Source of the DNA: Tetramitus jugosus
Taxonomy: Eukaryota > Protista > Heterolobosea
Assembly: GCA_937625935.1 (NCBI GenBank)
Contig: OW569381.1
Location: forward strand, 124,001-188,000
Direction of reading: 5' to 3'
DNA: 64,000 bases
Shown here: in pieces, positions 43,723-55,423 of the stretch
Layout of the letters: every line of letters starts with the position of its first letter
How positions within the stretch are numbered: position 1 is the stretch's first letter
Made by a program: the position numbers and the translations under genes
The notes under the pieces: generated by a model
Told to the model about the DNA's origin: nothing
What the model saw: the letters and a program-made list of their open reading frames with translations, nothing else
Database searches by the model: none

Positions 43723-45735
43723 ATGAATCACATTTACAGGGACATGTCCAGTGCCCTCTCACTGGATGACTCCCGAAAATACAAGGAAGCCTACCACAAG
43801 TACTTGGACGTCATTGAGAAGAGTGTGACATTTCTGCGTCAGATTGAACAACAAAATCACCATAACCATCACAATAACAACAACAATATTTCAGTTGAAC
43901 AAGTCAATCAATTGTGCAACTATACGGACGAATGTCTCAAAAGAGTACAACACATTTATGCTCATCAAGTACGACCCTCCTCTTCATCACCATTACCATC
44001 ACCATCACCTACTACCAGCATCTCATCACCATCACCCACTAATACCACCACCACTCACAATCCATCAATCTACAATAGCTATGGCACGATCAATCAACAA
44101 CAACAACAACATACCCTGAAAAACAACAACAATAATAACAATGCAGCACGTGCATACACATCATCATTGTCTCAGCAACAGCAACAGCATTCACTCACTT
44201 CTCGTAATATACGTTCAACAACGAATCCTACTCCTAGTGCTGTTGTAGCGTCATCTCCCAGTTTAGCTTCTGTTCGAAAAATAGCGGAAGAAATGGCGCT
44301 GATTCAAATTCGCGCCCAAATGGAAAATCAAAAACAGTTGGCGCAAAGAAATCTTACAGTTCAACAATTTGAACGAACTCTGGTGTCGAACAGCAGACGG
44401 TTCAAATGGAGATCACAAGACACGTGGAGCAAATTCCTAGATGCAAAGTTTAATTATCTCAAGATGAATTCTGACTTGCTGCACCAAGATTCTCAATGGC
44501 TTCAATCACTTCGTGAACATGTGGTTTCTTCTTCTTCTTCTGTTCTGTCGGTGAATCACTCTACTATGATTGATAGTAGCTCGAATAAGAGTAGTCAAAA
44601 TGAACAAGCGTGTAAAATGATACAAGATCATGTGAGAGCTATTGTGAAGAAACCAGGGCATGCCATTCATAGCTTATTAGCTGAATTTACCAATGTTTTT
44701 ATGCAAAATTATGATTTGACAATGATTCGGAATCAAATAAGTTCGAATAGCAGCAGCAGCAGCAGCAGTAGCAGTTCAATGATGATGAGTATGATGATTA
44801 GTACGAGTGATAATGATAACGGGGATGGTGGTGATGAAGAAGCCTATGTGATCAAAGTCAAGGAATGCATAGCGAAAGCAGTGACTGATATTGACACATT
44901 TGTAGAAAAATTGGTTCAAGCGTTGTTTGGCAAGTATTGGATCGATACGATGAATGATGTGTGTGAAAGGGTGCCTGAATGTGAACGAATTGTTATCTCG
45001 TGCATACAGAGTCAATTGATGACAGAGACTGGAATTTATGTGAAAATGTTAAATTTGTATCATGTGGTGCATCAGGAGAGTGATGATCGATTGAATGAAA
45101 AGATTCAAAAATTGAATCGAAATCAATTGTTGTTGAAGCACTTCCATGTAAAGATCAAGTTTGTTCTAGGACAGGATGTGAATCGGTCATTGGAGCCTTA
45201 TCAGACAGCGATTGATCAGTTTATACAGTTTGATGTAGAAAGTAATGTACCGCTGGCAAAGTTGCAGTGCCTCACCGATTGCATCAGGGAAATTACGAGT
45301 TGCGTGACTCGATACTATAGAGAAAACGTTTCTATTCAAATGAACGCAACAAATTTGGAGTTGGGAGCCGATGATTTATTACCTCTATTCTCCTATGTGC
45401 TCGTGAAAGCTCGGCCCAGTTGTTTATTCTCAAAGTTAAACTTTTTGGCTGATTTTGTGGACGAGAATCATTTGTTGGGAGAGTTGGGATACAGTTTAGC
45501 TACTCTGGAGACTGCAATCAATTACATGTTAACATGTGAGATGCCTCTCCCAGACCCTCCTCTGAAACCACTGCCGCCAACACCATCAGATGACGAATCT
45601 CTTGACCAGCAAACGTATTATTCGTCAATATATTCCATGGATCTCACCTCGTCAGACTTTGATCCCGGATCACTAAATGACGATGACTTGGCGGATTTGA
45701 TGTCAGGGTACAAGTTTGATTCTGGTTCCAAATAA
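43723..45735 (+). CDS. MIT-like + VPS9 domain Rab GEF (VPS9D1-like)
   Basis: N-terminal ALSLDDSRKYKEAYHKYLDVI; VPS9 core PLAKLQCL..LGADDLLPLFSYVLVK..GELGYSLATLETA. Confidence 0.85.
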   Translation: MNHIYRDMSSALSLDDSRKYKEAYHKYLDVIEKSVTFLRQIEQQNHHNHHNNNNNISVEQVNQLCNYTDECLKRVQHIYAHQVRPSSSSPLPSPSPTTSISSPSPTNTTTTHNPSIYNSYGTINQQQQQHTLKNNNNNNNAARAYTSSLSQQQQQHSLTSRNIRSTTNPTPSAVVASSPSLASVRKIAEEMALIQIRAQMENQKQLAQRNLTVQQFERTLVSNSRRFKWRSQDTWSKFLDAKFNYLKMNSDLLHQDSQWLQSLREHVVSSSSSVLSVNHSTMIDSSSNKSSQNEQACKMIQDHVRAIVKKPGHAIHSLLAEFTNVFMQNYDLTMIRNQISSNSSSSSSSSSSMMMSMMISTSDNDNGDGGDEEAYVIKVKECIAKAVTDIDTFVEKLVQALFGKYWIDTMNDVCERVPECERIVISCIQSQLMTETGIYVKMLNLYHVVHQESDDRLNEKIQKLNRNQLLLKHFHVKIKFVLGQDVNRSLEPYQTAIDQFIQFDVESNVPLAKLQCLTDCIREITSCVTRYYRENVSIQMNATNLELGADDLLPLFSYVLVKARPSCLFSKLNFLADFVDENHLLGELGYSLATLETAINYMLTCEMPLPDPPLKPLPPTPSDDESLDQQTYYSSIYSMDLTSSDFDPGSLNDDDLADLMSGYKFDSGSK

Positions 45736-45802
45736 ATGTCACAGCCAAATATAAAACAAAATCCAAATGAACTAACATCAAAATGACATACAAATAGAGT
45801 GT

Positions 45803-47116
45803 TTACTTTGTGACATCGTGGATTGCCTTTGCGACAACTGGAATGTTATGCTCGTTCAAACCGGAAATGCTCATACGTCCGTCCTTTGTCATATAAATGT
45901 GATGTTCCTTTTGGAGTCTATCAACTTGTTCAGGAGTCAATCCAGAGAACGCAAACATACCAATCTGCTTAGTGATGTGAGACCAGTCCTTTGTGGAACC
46001 AACATCCTTCAATGCTTTCACCAATCCAGCTCTGCATGACTTGATACGATCAGCCATCTCCTTCACATCCTTCTCCCACACCTTCTTCAACTCAGCATCG
46101 TTCAACACTGTGGAAACAAGTCTTGCACCATAAATTGGTGGATTAGAGTACATGGAACGGATCAAGATTGCCAATTGACTGTTGACTGCTGTAGCTTCCT
46201 TCTTTGTTGCACATACTGCAGACAAGACACCAGTTCTCTCACCATAGAGACCAAAGTTCTTTGCAAATGATTGAACAACCAATGGCTTGTGACCATCTTG
46301 AATAAAGGATCGAACAGCTTGTGCGTCCTGCGCGGCATCACCACTAGCAAATGCCTGATAGGCGACATCAAAGAACACGACGTGATTCTTTTGAGCACAA
46401 ACCTCAGAGATTCTCTTCCATTGAGCAGCAGTTGGATCAACACCAGTTGGATTGTGAGCACATGCATGAAGAAGAACTACGCTCTTCTCTGGTGCATTCT
46501 TCAAATCAGTCAACAATCCTTCAATGTCCAATCCGTTAATCTTCTTGTCAAAGTACTTGTATGAACCAATGTCCTCAAATCCAGCATTCTTGAAAATGGC
46601 GACATGATTGGCCCATGTCGGATCAGGCATCAAAACTTTTGTGCCCTTTGGCAAAAATTTGTAAAGAAAATTGGCGCCAAGTCTCAAACCGCCAGTTCCA
46701 GACAAGGATTGAACACCAGCAATGGTGCCTTCCTTGAGCGCAGCTTGATCCTCACCAAAGACCAACTTTTGAGCAGCATCGATAAACGATTGAATACCAG
46801 TCACTGCAGCATACTCGTGATCCATATGCTTTTCAAACAAACGCTTCTCAGCTTCTCTCACAGACTTTAGCACAACAGGCTTGCCGTTATTGTCCTTGTA
46901 GACACCTTCACCCAATAGTACCTTGTTAGTCGAAGGATCTTGTTGGAAAGCAATGGTGAGTTGCTTGATGGCATCGAGACCCATTGGCTCCAATTGATCC
47001 CACAGGCCAACATTCTTGGAAGCACATCGTGTTGTTGTTTTCGTAGTAGTGAAAGCTTGTGATGTGAAGTTGGATCTTGGTGCAACGCCAGTGACAGTTC
47101 TTCTTAGATGGAACAT
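45803..47116 (-). CDS. GOT2: Aspartate aminotransferase, mitochondrial
   Basis: QSLSGTG, HACAHNPTG, QSFAKNFGLYGER (PLP-binding Lys), QIGMF, DGRMS; Arg/Thr-rich presequence. Confidence 0.93.
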   Translation of the reverse strand: MFHLRRTVTGVAPRSNFTSQAFTTTKTTTRCASKNVGLWDQLEPMGLDAIKQLTIAFQQDPSTNKVLLGEGVYKDNNGKPVVLKSVREAEKRLFEKHMDHEYAAVTGIQSFIDAAQKLVFGEDQAALKEGTIAGVQSLSGTGGLRLGANFLYKFLPKGTKVLMPDPTWANHVAIFKNAGFEDIGSYKYFDKKINGLDIEGLLTDLKNAPEKSVVLLHACAHNPTGVDPTAAQWKRISEVCAQKNHVVFFDVAYQAFASGDAAQDAQAVRSFIQDGHKPLVVQSFAKNFGLYGERTGVLSAVCATKKEATAVNSQLAILIRSMYSNPPIYGARLVSTVLNDAELKKVWEKDVKEMADRIKSCRAGLVKALKDVGSTKDWSHITKQIGMFAFSGLTPEQVDRLQKEHHIYMTKDGRMSISGLNEHNIPVVAKAIHDVTK

Positions 47117-47789
47117 TTGATATTGGTACAGAGAGAGGTTTGGTTGTGTTTGGTTGTGTTTGTGTTTTTTCAACAAGAAGCAACTTCGAAGGAAAGCGAG
47201 AAAAGCTTTGACGATGCGAAGGTTCTGGTTCTCGCTTGCTGAATGGAGAGAGGGATGACGCTTTTACGACAGGGAGGAAGATTTTATTGATCAACTGGCC
47301 AATCTATTTTTGCTGCTTCAGAAAAAACCCTGCTGAATGATGATCGGGACTTTTGCAGGAGAATAAAATTTGTCCAAGGAAAAATTCACAACTTGCTGCT
47401 GACTGATGAAAGTTACGGTTGGTTTGACTTCACAACTGCTTTGAATTTGGTTCTTGCTCCATTCTGTTGGGTTATCCTCCAGACGTGTTGTTGCGATATT
47501 CTTACTTGCCAAGTGAGTTCTTTCCATTCAAAGACCTCTTAGTCTTGTGAGACAATATGTTTGTGCATGGATTGTTCTGCCAAACCTGCCAATTGATTGA
47601 ACGATGTTTTGTGACTGGGATCCAACTAGATCTGGTGTTTCCAGACCTTGACGCTTAGAGTCGAGTCCTCAAGACAATTTCTGGATCTCCATCTGTGGTG
47701 CCACTGTGCCAATTTGGATGTCAACTCTGGGGCTCATGTTTGGTTTCGGATTTGCACGAGTTTGGAAAAGCATGCTCAAACAGCCATGT

Positions 47790-50700
47790 TTATTTTCGTG
47801 TTTTCTTTCTTCGTTTGCTGGAGTGCGTTCCATAAGACCTATCATCATCTTCATCATCGTCAGATTCAGAGTCTGCTTTCTTCTTTCTCTTTGTTGTTGG
47901 CTTCTTCTTTCCATTTTTCTTGTCCAGGAATCTGTTTGTGAGATCAATTAATGATTGGCTGCTCATTAATTCCAAAGGTGTTTTGCCATCCAAGTCCTTA
48001 ACTTCGGTGCTGGCCCCAAACTCAAGAAGTTCTTGAAGAATGGCTTGTGAATTGCGAACCGCAACATTATGGAGACAAGTTCTGCCTCTCTTGTTCTGAA
48101 TGTTGATAAAATTGGCGAATTCTTCCATCTTCATATTCTCAAGATAAGGTGGGTTTGTGTTGGTTCGCTTTGCTCTCTTTGGTGTTTCAACATTCTGAAC
48201 ATTATCTGCTCTAAATAGCTTAGCAATGGAGAGCAGGATAGAAGCAGATTCATTACCAACAAAGCTCAATTTAGAATTATTAGTCAGTAAATGCAAGAGC
48301 GTGTCTCCTGTTTTGAGGTACACAGACTTCATTGCACGATCCAAAAGTGGATCTTTGCTGTAATGACGGACAAGCCAATCGAGCATGTAACTGCCCATAC
48401 CAGAAACTAACAATTGCAAGGTACTGCGGTGATTGCAACTATTTGGTTCATCAGAATCGATATCCCCAGATGGTGTCTCAGTCATCAGTTCAAGCCAAGA
48501 TGGTTTAGCTTGTTTCTCTTCAGTAGCAATCATAAGAGTAACAAATTTACTCTCATGGTCTGCTTTCAGTTTATCCTGAGATAAGCATCTTCGAATGATT
48601 TGATGTAATTGATCTTTTGATGGAGCAATATTGTGTTCAATTACAGCGGCCAATGCAAAATCATGATGCTTATTTGCCAAAGCAATTTCAACTGGACAGT
48701 CGAATTGATCTGCAAAAGACCTGGCGTATGGCCAAAGAACTGCAAATACACCAATCAGATTCGCTTCACACGCAAGTATTGCAGCATTTCTTGGTTTTCT
48801 CCCATCAACTACGTCATTTTCTAGTGGTTGACTGATAATTTTTGCCAATTCTGTTTTTGTTTTAAGCTTCTTCTTCCAATGCTTGATTATACATTCACAT
48901 AGAGAGGCATCCCTCTCGGCTGCAATGTGCAAGAGATTGGGTTTAAAATCTTGAGATTCATCTCTTAGAAATACATTATGAGTTTGAATCATCAATTTGT
49001 CAAACAATGGAATGTCAATCGCCACTTCCAAGGCAAGGTACATCACTGGCACAGGGACAACTTCAGCTGGGTTTTTGCTTGCAAACACTGGCTTATTTGC
49101 AATATCACTTAGTTTGATTGAAAAGTCATTCAATAATTGAATTCCTTGAGCAGCTTCGAGCAACATTTGAAGGGGACCCAAACCAGAAATTTCCTCAAGG
49201 TCACTTTCTGTTGATGCCTCAGACTTTTCATAAAGCATCTCAGGATAATGCTTTAGACAGAGAAGTGCACAGTGTCGAGCCACAGGATAAGTTCCATATG
49301 TAAATACTTTCTGCCGTTTGTTCATTCCAGAAAGTTCATTCGTTATATCCACAATGGATTTGAACAAATAGTGCAATGGATTGAGACCATGCTTCATTCT
49401 TGGACTCAAGAGTTCTGATAGAGGTTTCGAGGAAATAGATGGATTCAACATCATGTAGTTAATCAATGGATAATTTCCGTTTCGAAGCGCTGCTGTAACA
49501 ACAGTATCTCCCTTGGTACTCTGAATATCAACTTTGGCACCAGCCTTGATCAATTCAATACCCATTTCATCTACATATTCTTTTTGGTTCTTACGGGAAT
49601 AGCTGTCCCAGGTATGAAACTGAATAAGTTGTGGATTCTCATGCTTCACAAAGAATAAGGAATTTTCTCCTTCCTCATTCAATGAGTTCGCATCGAAACC
49701 ATTGTTCAGCAGCCACCGAATTGTTGCTGGTCGGGAACGCATTAAGGCTGCATGGAGCAGAGTGCCACATGATGTGGGATAGTTTTGAAGTGATTGACTC
49801 CGAGAAAAACAAGACAACTTGGAAATTGCTTCCAGAAACTGTCCTTGAGGATTATGGCCAAGGGTAACAAAGGGACCAACTTCTTGTTGAGAAATGAAAA
49901 TATGTTGGAGGGGCGTCTCATTGTTCTTGTTCTTTGCATAAAGTAAATCTTCGGGACACTTTGAAATGAGGTATTCAAGAATGTCGAGTTGCATAGCAGA
50001 GCACGCTGAGTGAAGCACATTGTTACCAAATTTGTCCAAAACGGTGAGTGAGGCTCCCTTTTCCACCAAATATTCGATATCATCCAAACTAGAGACGGAC
50101 TTGGGATTCGATAGAATTAGTTGAATGAGTGGGAGCTCTTTTTGATCATTTCTGATTATTCCCTCAGAGTCGCCAAGGGATATTAAATCAGGCTTCAATG
50201 ATAATAAATATTGAACTAATTTGAATCGAACTGGCGAGCTTTCCTGTCCTTCAAGTGCCTCCAACAAAAGGTTTCGAACTCCATTGATTGCCAACTCAGG
50301 TTTAAAGTCCTCAATGATAGTTTTAATCATTGAGAGCAATCCCTCGGTGGAACAATCTGCAATAAAGAGACCCAAGAGGGTGCATGATCGCCCAGAAAAA
50401 TCTTCAAACGTCGTATTGATATCTAAAACTAACTCTGGATATTTCATTTGGATAGGATCTGTTAGTAACTCCAATGTCTTGATCACATTGAAGATCCCAC
50501 AAACAAACTTTGCGTCTAGCTTAATATAGGGCTTCAATTGGAACATATTCTTATTCTCCACCGATGAGGTGAGTAAAGGTTGGAAGGAAGGATATTCACG
50601 AACAAGAGTATCGACTGTCGTTTCGATCATTTCATCGGTTAAATCCCTCTCTCTTTGTTCGATGTGTGACAAGCAAACTCCCTCAACCTTTGACATATAG

Positions 50701-51812
50701 TTCAGATATTCAACATACGAAACAAGTGGTAAGTGCGAATCACCAAAACCGTGAATGGGATTGTTTTGTCTCTCAGGTTCTACGATCGACAATTCAAAGT
50801 GTGGGAATATGTCTTTGAGATTTTCTATGACCCTCATTTCGGCGTGTGAATATATAAAATCTAACCGAGAGTAGGGCAAAGTGAAACTTTGGATATCAAC
50901 ATGTATCGAATCTAGTTCAAAATCATAAAAGGCAGATGCGTCGACCTCATTCCTTCGCTTCTTTGAGAACAATTCGAAACACTCGGAGATATCTCCATAG
51001 GGTAGACACATGCCAATGAAGTTTAGGTTCTTTGTCGAACTGGGTAACGAGTGCGCAATAGCTGCCAGTTGGGTGTCACTTATTGAATAGTCATCCCGAT
51101 AGTGGCGGGGGCAATACGATTGTTTCGTTCCCAGAATATCCAATGTTTCGAGTTGATTCAACTTTGGCAACAAATGGTTCACACACAACACAAAGTCATC
51201 ACGTCCGTCAAAAAATGAACCTAAACTCAACTTTAAGTGCTTCACATTAGGGAACACATTTCCCAAGAAGTCAAAAATGGGACCTCTACGATAATAGGTT
51301 CTAAAGGGCACATGAGCTGGAAGAGAAGACATTTGATATCCCTTCCCAGTTCCACCAATGGGCTTAAACTGAACAATTTGATTGTCGTCTCTCACATAGA
51401 ACTTTGGTCTTCCATCATCCACCAGATTCAAATACGTTACATTGCCATACACTTGTTCTTGGAATTCATAGAGCCACTGTGAACACACTGATCTCAACAT
51501 GAAATAAAAGGGAAAAGCAGGAATGAATGACATGATTGAATGAAAAATGTCTCTTGGAATTGGTTGACCAGAGATTACAAAAAATCCCAAAAGCTTATCT
51601 CTTTCTTTCTCTGGATCTCTTTGCCAAACATTGAATTCACTATCTCCTCCATGTTGTTCCTCCTCATGTCTTACATTTTCCGTAGAATTTAATTCTTCTT
51701 CATGGTTATTATTCATTGGTACATCATCATCGTCAACATTGGTATGTTGTTGTTGGGAGGAGTTCTGATCCTCTTTGGTATTCTTTTTCAGAGTGGCAAC
51801 TTTACTCAACAT
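47790..51812 (-). CDS. F-box + LRR-like + ankyrin-repeat protein
   Basis: F-box IPRDIFHSIMSFIP..LRSVCSQW; ankyrin repeats GNNVLHSAC, NETPLQ, GDTVVTAAL, GDTLLH, GRTCLH, GKTPLE. Confidence 0.85.
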   Translation of the reverse strand: MLSKVATLKKNTKEDQNSSQQQHTNVDDDDVPMNNNHEEELNSTENVRHEEEQHGGDSEFNVWQRDPEKERDKLLGFFVISGQPIPRDIFHSIMSFIPAFPFYFMLRSVCSQWLYEFQEQVYGNVTYLNLVDDGRPKFYVRDDNQIVQFKPIGGTGKGYQMSSLPAHVPFRTYYRRGPIFDFLGNVFPNVKHLKLSLGSFFDGRDDFVLCVNHLLPKLNQLETLDILGTKQSYCPRHYRDDYSISDTQLAAIAHSLPSSTKNLNFIGMCLPYGDISECFELFSKKRRNEVDASAFYDFELDSIHVDIQSFTLPYSRLDFIYSHAEMRVIENLKDIFPHFELSIVEPERQNNPIHGFGDSHLPLVSYVEYLNYMSKVEGVCLSHIEQRERDLTDEMIETTVDTLVREYPSFQPLLTSSVENKNMFQLKPYIKLDAKFVCGIFNVIKTLELLTDPIQMKYPELVLDINTTFEDFSGRSCTLLGLFIADCSTEGLLSMIKTIIEDFKPELAINGVRNLLLEALEGQESSPVRFKLVQYLLSLKPDLISLGDSEGIIRNDQKELPLIQLILSNPKSVSSLDDIEYLVEKGASLTVLDKFGNNVLHSACSAMQLDILEYLISKCPEDLLYAKNKNNETPLQHIFISQQEVGPFVTLGHNPQGQFLEAISKLSCFSRSQSLQNYPTSCGTLLHAALMRSRPATIRWLLNNGFDANSLNEEGENSLFFVKHENPQLIQFHTWDSYSRKNQKEYVDEMGIELIKAGAKVDIQSTKGDTVVTAALRNGNYPLINYMMLNPSISSKPLSELLSPRMKHGLNPLHYLFKSIVDITNELSGMNKRQKVFTYGTYPVARHCALLCLKHYPEMLYEKSEASTESDLEEISGLGPLQMLLEAAQGIQLLNDFSIKLSDIANKPVFASKNPAEVVPVPVMYLALEVAIDIPLFDKLMIQTHNVFLRDESQDFKPNLLHIAAERDASLCECIIKHWKKKLKTKTELAKIISQPLENDVVDGRKPRNAAILACEANLIGVFAVLWPYARSFADQFDCPVEIALANKHHDFALAAVIEHNIAPSKDQLHQIIRRCLSQDKLKADHESKFVTLMIATEEKQAKPSWLELMTETPSGDIDSDEPNSCNHRSTLQLLVSGMGSYMLDWLVRHYSKDPLLDRAMKSVYLKTGDTLLHLLTNNSKLSFVGNESASILLSIAKLFRADNVQNVETPKRAKRTNTNPPYLENMKMEEFANFINIQNKRGRTCLHNVAVRNSQAILQELLEFGASTEVKDLDGKTPLELMSSQSLIDLTNRFLDKKNGKKKPTTKRKKKADSESDDDEDDDRSYGTHSSKRRKKTRK

Positions 51813-51970
51813 ATCCGAATGTTGTTTGTGTTATGTTGCGACAATACTAACACTCCATGCATGTTGAGTTTTGTGTTTAGGAAGTTTGCTCCATGGTTTT
51901 TCCGCTGAAGGACATTTCGCTGATTCCGATCACTTGTACTCCTATGACCTTCGAGCGAGTGTTCCTTCCG

Positions 51971-52945
51971 TTTTGTTTTTTTTTTCATATACAACCAATG
52001 GTTGCGCTGTTTATTCGTTGCTGATTCTCTTTACAACTGCTTCGCTTTTTTCTTGGCGATACCCTTCTTGATTCCATTTCTTTTGAGCCCTTTGGCAACT
52101 TGTCTCGCTGCTTGCGTTTCCACACCTAACATACCTAACATGTATTGTTTGCCAGCCTTCCTTTGCTCGTTAGTTGTGCGCCTGCCGTTGCACCACTGTT
52201 GATTATCAAACCATATGTCGACACATTGTGACTTGTGCAGTCCCATTGAGCTCAATTTCGCAGCAATCTCCTTTGTGAGCAATATTCTGGTCATCCTTGC
52301 GATTGGGGCAGTTGATGAGGCAGTGGAGAACCGTCTCTTGCTCGAAATTGCACTTAGGACATGTCGTATCCATATCCTCCACATTATAGAGGTTCTTCAC
52401 CACAGCCTTTGTGTGAAGTGTGTGGCTTTTAACTTGGACCACGAACCATTACAGCTGTCTGTTCATCCTAAAGGGACTCCTCATGAATGAAAAGTCACTA
52501 GCACCCCCCAAACACTCTTTTTGAATCCACCACATCTTCTCCATCCCAATTAAATCTCTGTACTGTCTGGTAAATACATTCCAGATGGAAGCTTCAAAAT
52601 TATCCCTGCACATAAGTATTGGCGGAGCTGCGCCAAGAGAATGTTCCGGTATCGCAGTGCGCTGATTCCGAAGTTGCCGTGAACTTTGACTAGCTCACTG
52701 TGCTTAATCCACTTACCTTCTCTTGTCAGCTATTTCCTCAAGCTTGATACCCATCTTGAAGAACTTCTTGATCACATCATTTGGTTGAGACAAAGAGAGG
52801 TTGCAACTCAAGCAATTGACTTCATCACCAAATGCAATGGTTCAATAGTTGTTGTGCATGCGCTCCGCACACCATATGAGGTAAGTGTGATTGACAAACT
52901 CCAGCCTATTGTTGGACTGAAAGACATTCTCCCTTTGGAATGTTT
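51971..52945 (-). mobile_element. Degraded 5'-truncated non-LTR retrotransposon (lineage of 23583-25332 and 60174-61717)
   Basis: Frameshifted and deleted copy of the same ORF2 C-terminus (CPKCNFEQETVLHCLINC); ends GCAACCATTGGTTGTATATG-poly(A). Confidence 0.88.
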
Positions 52946-53197
52946 ATGGCAGAACTGATCTGACTTTTGCCTCTGATCTGCAGATCTGGAGATCCCAATA
53001 AATGGAGGACATTCTTTGCTCGAAAATCAAGGATCAAGAACCAAGAATCAAGAACAAAGTAAATACAATGAGCACTGACACTAAGCATATTGAGCAACTT
53101 CTCAGAGCCAACATCAGTTACTTTGACAATCAAGATCCCTGCGCAATTGGTTAAAAAAACCAATCTCGATCCTCAGCTGATTAAATTCTCGGCCGTC

Positions 53198-54878
53198 TTT
53201 TTTTGTTTTTTTTAAATACAACCATTGGTTGCTCATTTTACTTTGTTGATTCTCTGTATCGGTTTCGTGACGGGAGAATGCCGTCATTATTGATTCAAGT
53301 AGTTGCTAATGCTCGTAGAGCATTAGCAACCAGCAATCTCCTTTGAGCTCGTGAAGAGGCGTCGCATCACCTCCACACATCTCCTCTTTGTATGATCGAC
53401 AAATTGTTGGGCCTTCTCCCTTGCCTTCTTTTTCTCTATTCCACTCTTCTTCAGTCCTTTGATCACTTGTTTCAGCGCCCTTGTTTCAATACCCAACATA
53501 CCAAGCATGTATTCCTTGCTTGTTTTCCTCCGCTTATTGACTAGTATTGCGCCGTTGCGCCATCGTTGATTGTCGAACCATATGTCTACTCTTTGGTCTT
53601 TGTGAAGACCCATTTTACTCAGCTTGGTGGCAACTTCCTTCACCAACAGCTTTCTGGCCATTATCGCCACCGGGCATCTAACGAGAAAATGCAACACAGT
53701 TTCCTGTTCAAATTTGCACTTGGGACATAGTGTGTCCATGTCCACTACTCCATAGAGATGTTGGACAACGGCCTTTGTGTGAATTGTGTGACTTTTCACC
53801 TGAGCCACAAACCATTCCAGAGCACGATCGACCCTGAAAGGGCATCTCATAAATTTAAAATCCACAGCACCTCCTAGACACTTCGACTGTATCCACCATA
53901 ACTTCTCCTCTTTCACTCTATCTCTATGTCGCCGCAAGAAGACTCGCCACAACTGTTCCTTCTCTACGACCTCAAAACTATCATTGTACATTAACCTTGG
54001 GGTAGTGTCGATTGAATGTTCATGTTTTCCATTGCACTGTAACATTTCAAGGTCACTTGTCAAGTACTTGTATCTGCGAGAACTAATCCCAAAATTTCCA
54101 TGTCTTTTGACCAATTCGCTATGCCTGATCCACTTTCCACCCACTGTCAATTGACTCCTCAGACCTATTCCCACCTTGAACAACCTTTTGATGATGTCAT
54201 TTGGTTGCGAGAGAGCCAGATTGCAACTTAGACAGTTAACTTCATTCCCACAAGAGATAGTGAGGTGGTTGGTGTGCATACGGACAGCACACCGCTTAAG
54301 ATAGCTATGTGTGACGAGCTCAATCCTGTTGTTGGATTGGAATACATTCTCTACCTGGAATGTTTGTAGATGCCTGATCTCCTCAAGCGTATCCAACAAC
54401 AGTCTGTGAGACTCGCCATCATGCTTCCCTTTCAGCATGTTGATGATGAACCAAGCAGTGTTCACCAGTAATGATTCTTCAAATTTACGGAGACCGAAGC
54501 CTCCATTATCACACGCCACATGCAATAATTCTGAGGGGTACCTCCGCATTGCAACAGAACCCCGTTTGATTAATGCTTTGCCTATATGATTCACTCGGTT
54601 GATCCATCCTACCCCCCACTCAGTGAACTCGGAAGCGTAGAGAAACACTGGGTGGATGCATGTGTTGACGATCCTCGCTACTTGTCTGGCGGTTAGTCTC
54701 ATTATGTGGAGTCGCTTGATGACCCTTGCCACCTTGTCTCGGGCTTGCTCTTTCTGTTTGACAGTGCAACCATTTAGGTTCGTGAAGAGTCCTAGTGCCC
54801 TGAAGACTTTCTTACTTCCATTTGCAGCCACAACCACTACATTGACCATTATATTATGGTCTGATGGTGTTTTTCCAT
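53198..54878 (-). mobile_element. 5'-truncated non-LTR retrotransposon (open ORF2 C-terminus, stop at 53323), divergent sublineage
   Basis: FRALGLFTNLNG..CIHPVFLYASEF..CPKC..ETVLH; hairpin GCTAATGCTC-TAC-GAGCATTAGC over the stop codon; GGTTGTATTT-poly(A). Confidence 0.92.
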
Positions 54879-54894
54879 TGGCCAACAACCAGTC

Positions 54895-55261
54895 TTTTTT
54901 TTTTTTTAATACAACCATTGCGGTTGCTCACTTTATTATCAATACATTTTCATCAGCCATCGCTCTTTGAGCGATGGCTCTTGGTCGTCTGATTAATTCC
55001 CAATGACGCTCGCAGAGCGTCATTGCTGTTGTTTCGCTTTTGTTGTGGTGAAGAGGTGAAGGAGAGTCGTGAGACATCTCCGTTTCACCCCATTCACATA
55101 GGTTCTTGCTTTCTTACCGGCTTCTGCTGTTTTGACCCCAATCGCTACCAGTCCGTTGGTGACATCTTCGATGGCATTTGTTTCTATGCCCATCATACCC
55201 TTCAGAAATTCTCTACTCGTCCATCGCAAAGGACGCTTTTCCATCTTGCCATCCTTCAGTC
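54895..55261 (-). mobile_element. Short 5'-truncated non-LTR retrotransposon
   Basis: Exact 16-bp TSD (plus strand TGGCCAACAACCAGTC at 54879-54894 and 55262-55277); ORF2 tail, hairpins and a ~13-nt A-tail. Confidence 0.93.
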
Positions 55262-55423
55262 TGGCCAACAACCAGTCCTCATGGACTTTTTTTGTTTTTT
55301 TTTTAATACAACGCGCAGTTGCTCACTTTATTGTATATCATTCTTTCAAATGGTTTCTCTTATTCTCACTGTGCCGCTCGAAGAGCGGCACTTATATTTT
55401 CTTTCAGTGACGCTCGGAGAGCG

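Noticed and set aside
52946-53197. Spacer with short degenerate (AA/GA)TCAAG-like repeats at ~53025-53058
   Set aside because: Too short and irregular; no tRNA fold or convincing ORF found.
54879-54918. ATG in the terminal ATGGTTGTATT-poly(A) motif is in frame with the next truncated ORF (also at 61747), giving MVVLKKK... ORFs
   Set aside because: Two in-frame cases are plausible by chance. The equivalent ATG near 16258 hits a stop immediately and other tails lack the ATG. Treated as junction artefacts rather than genes.
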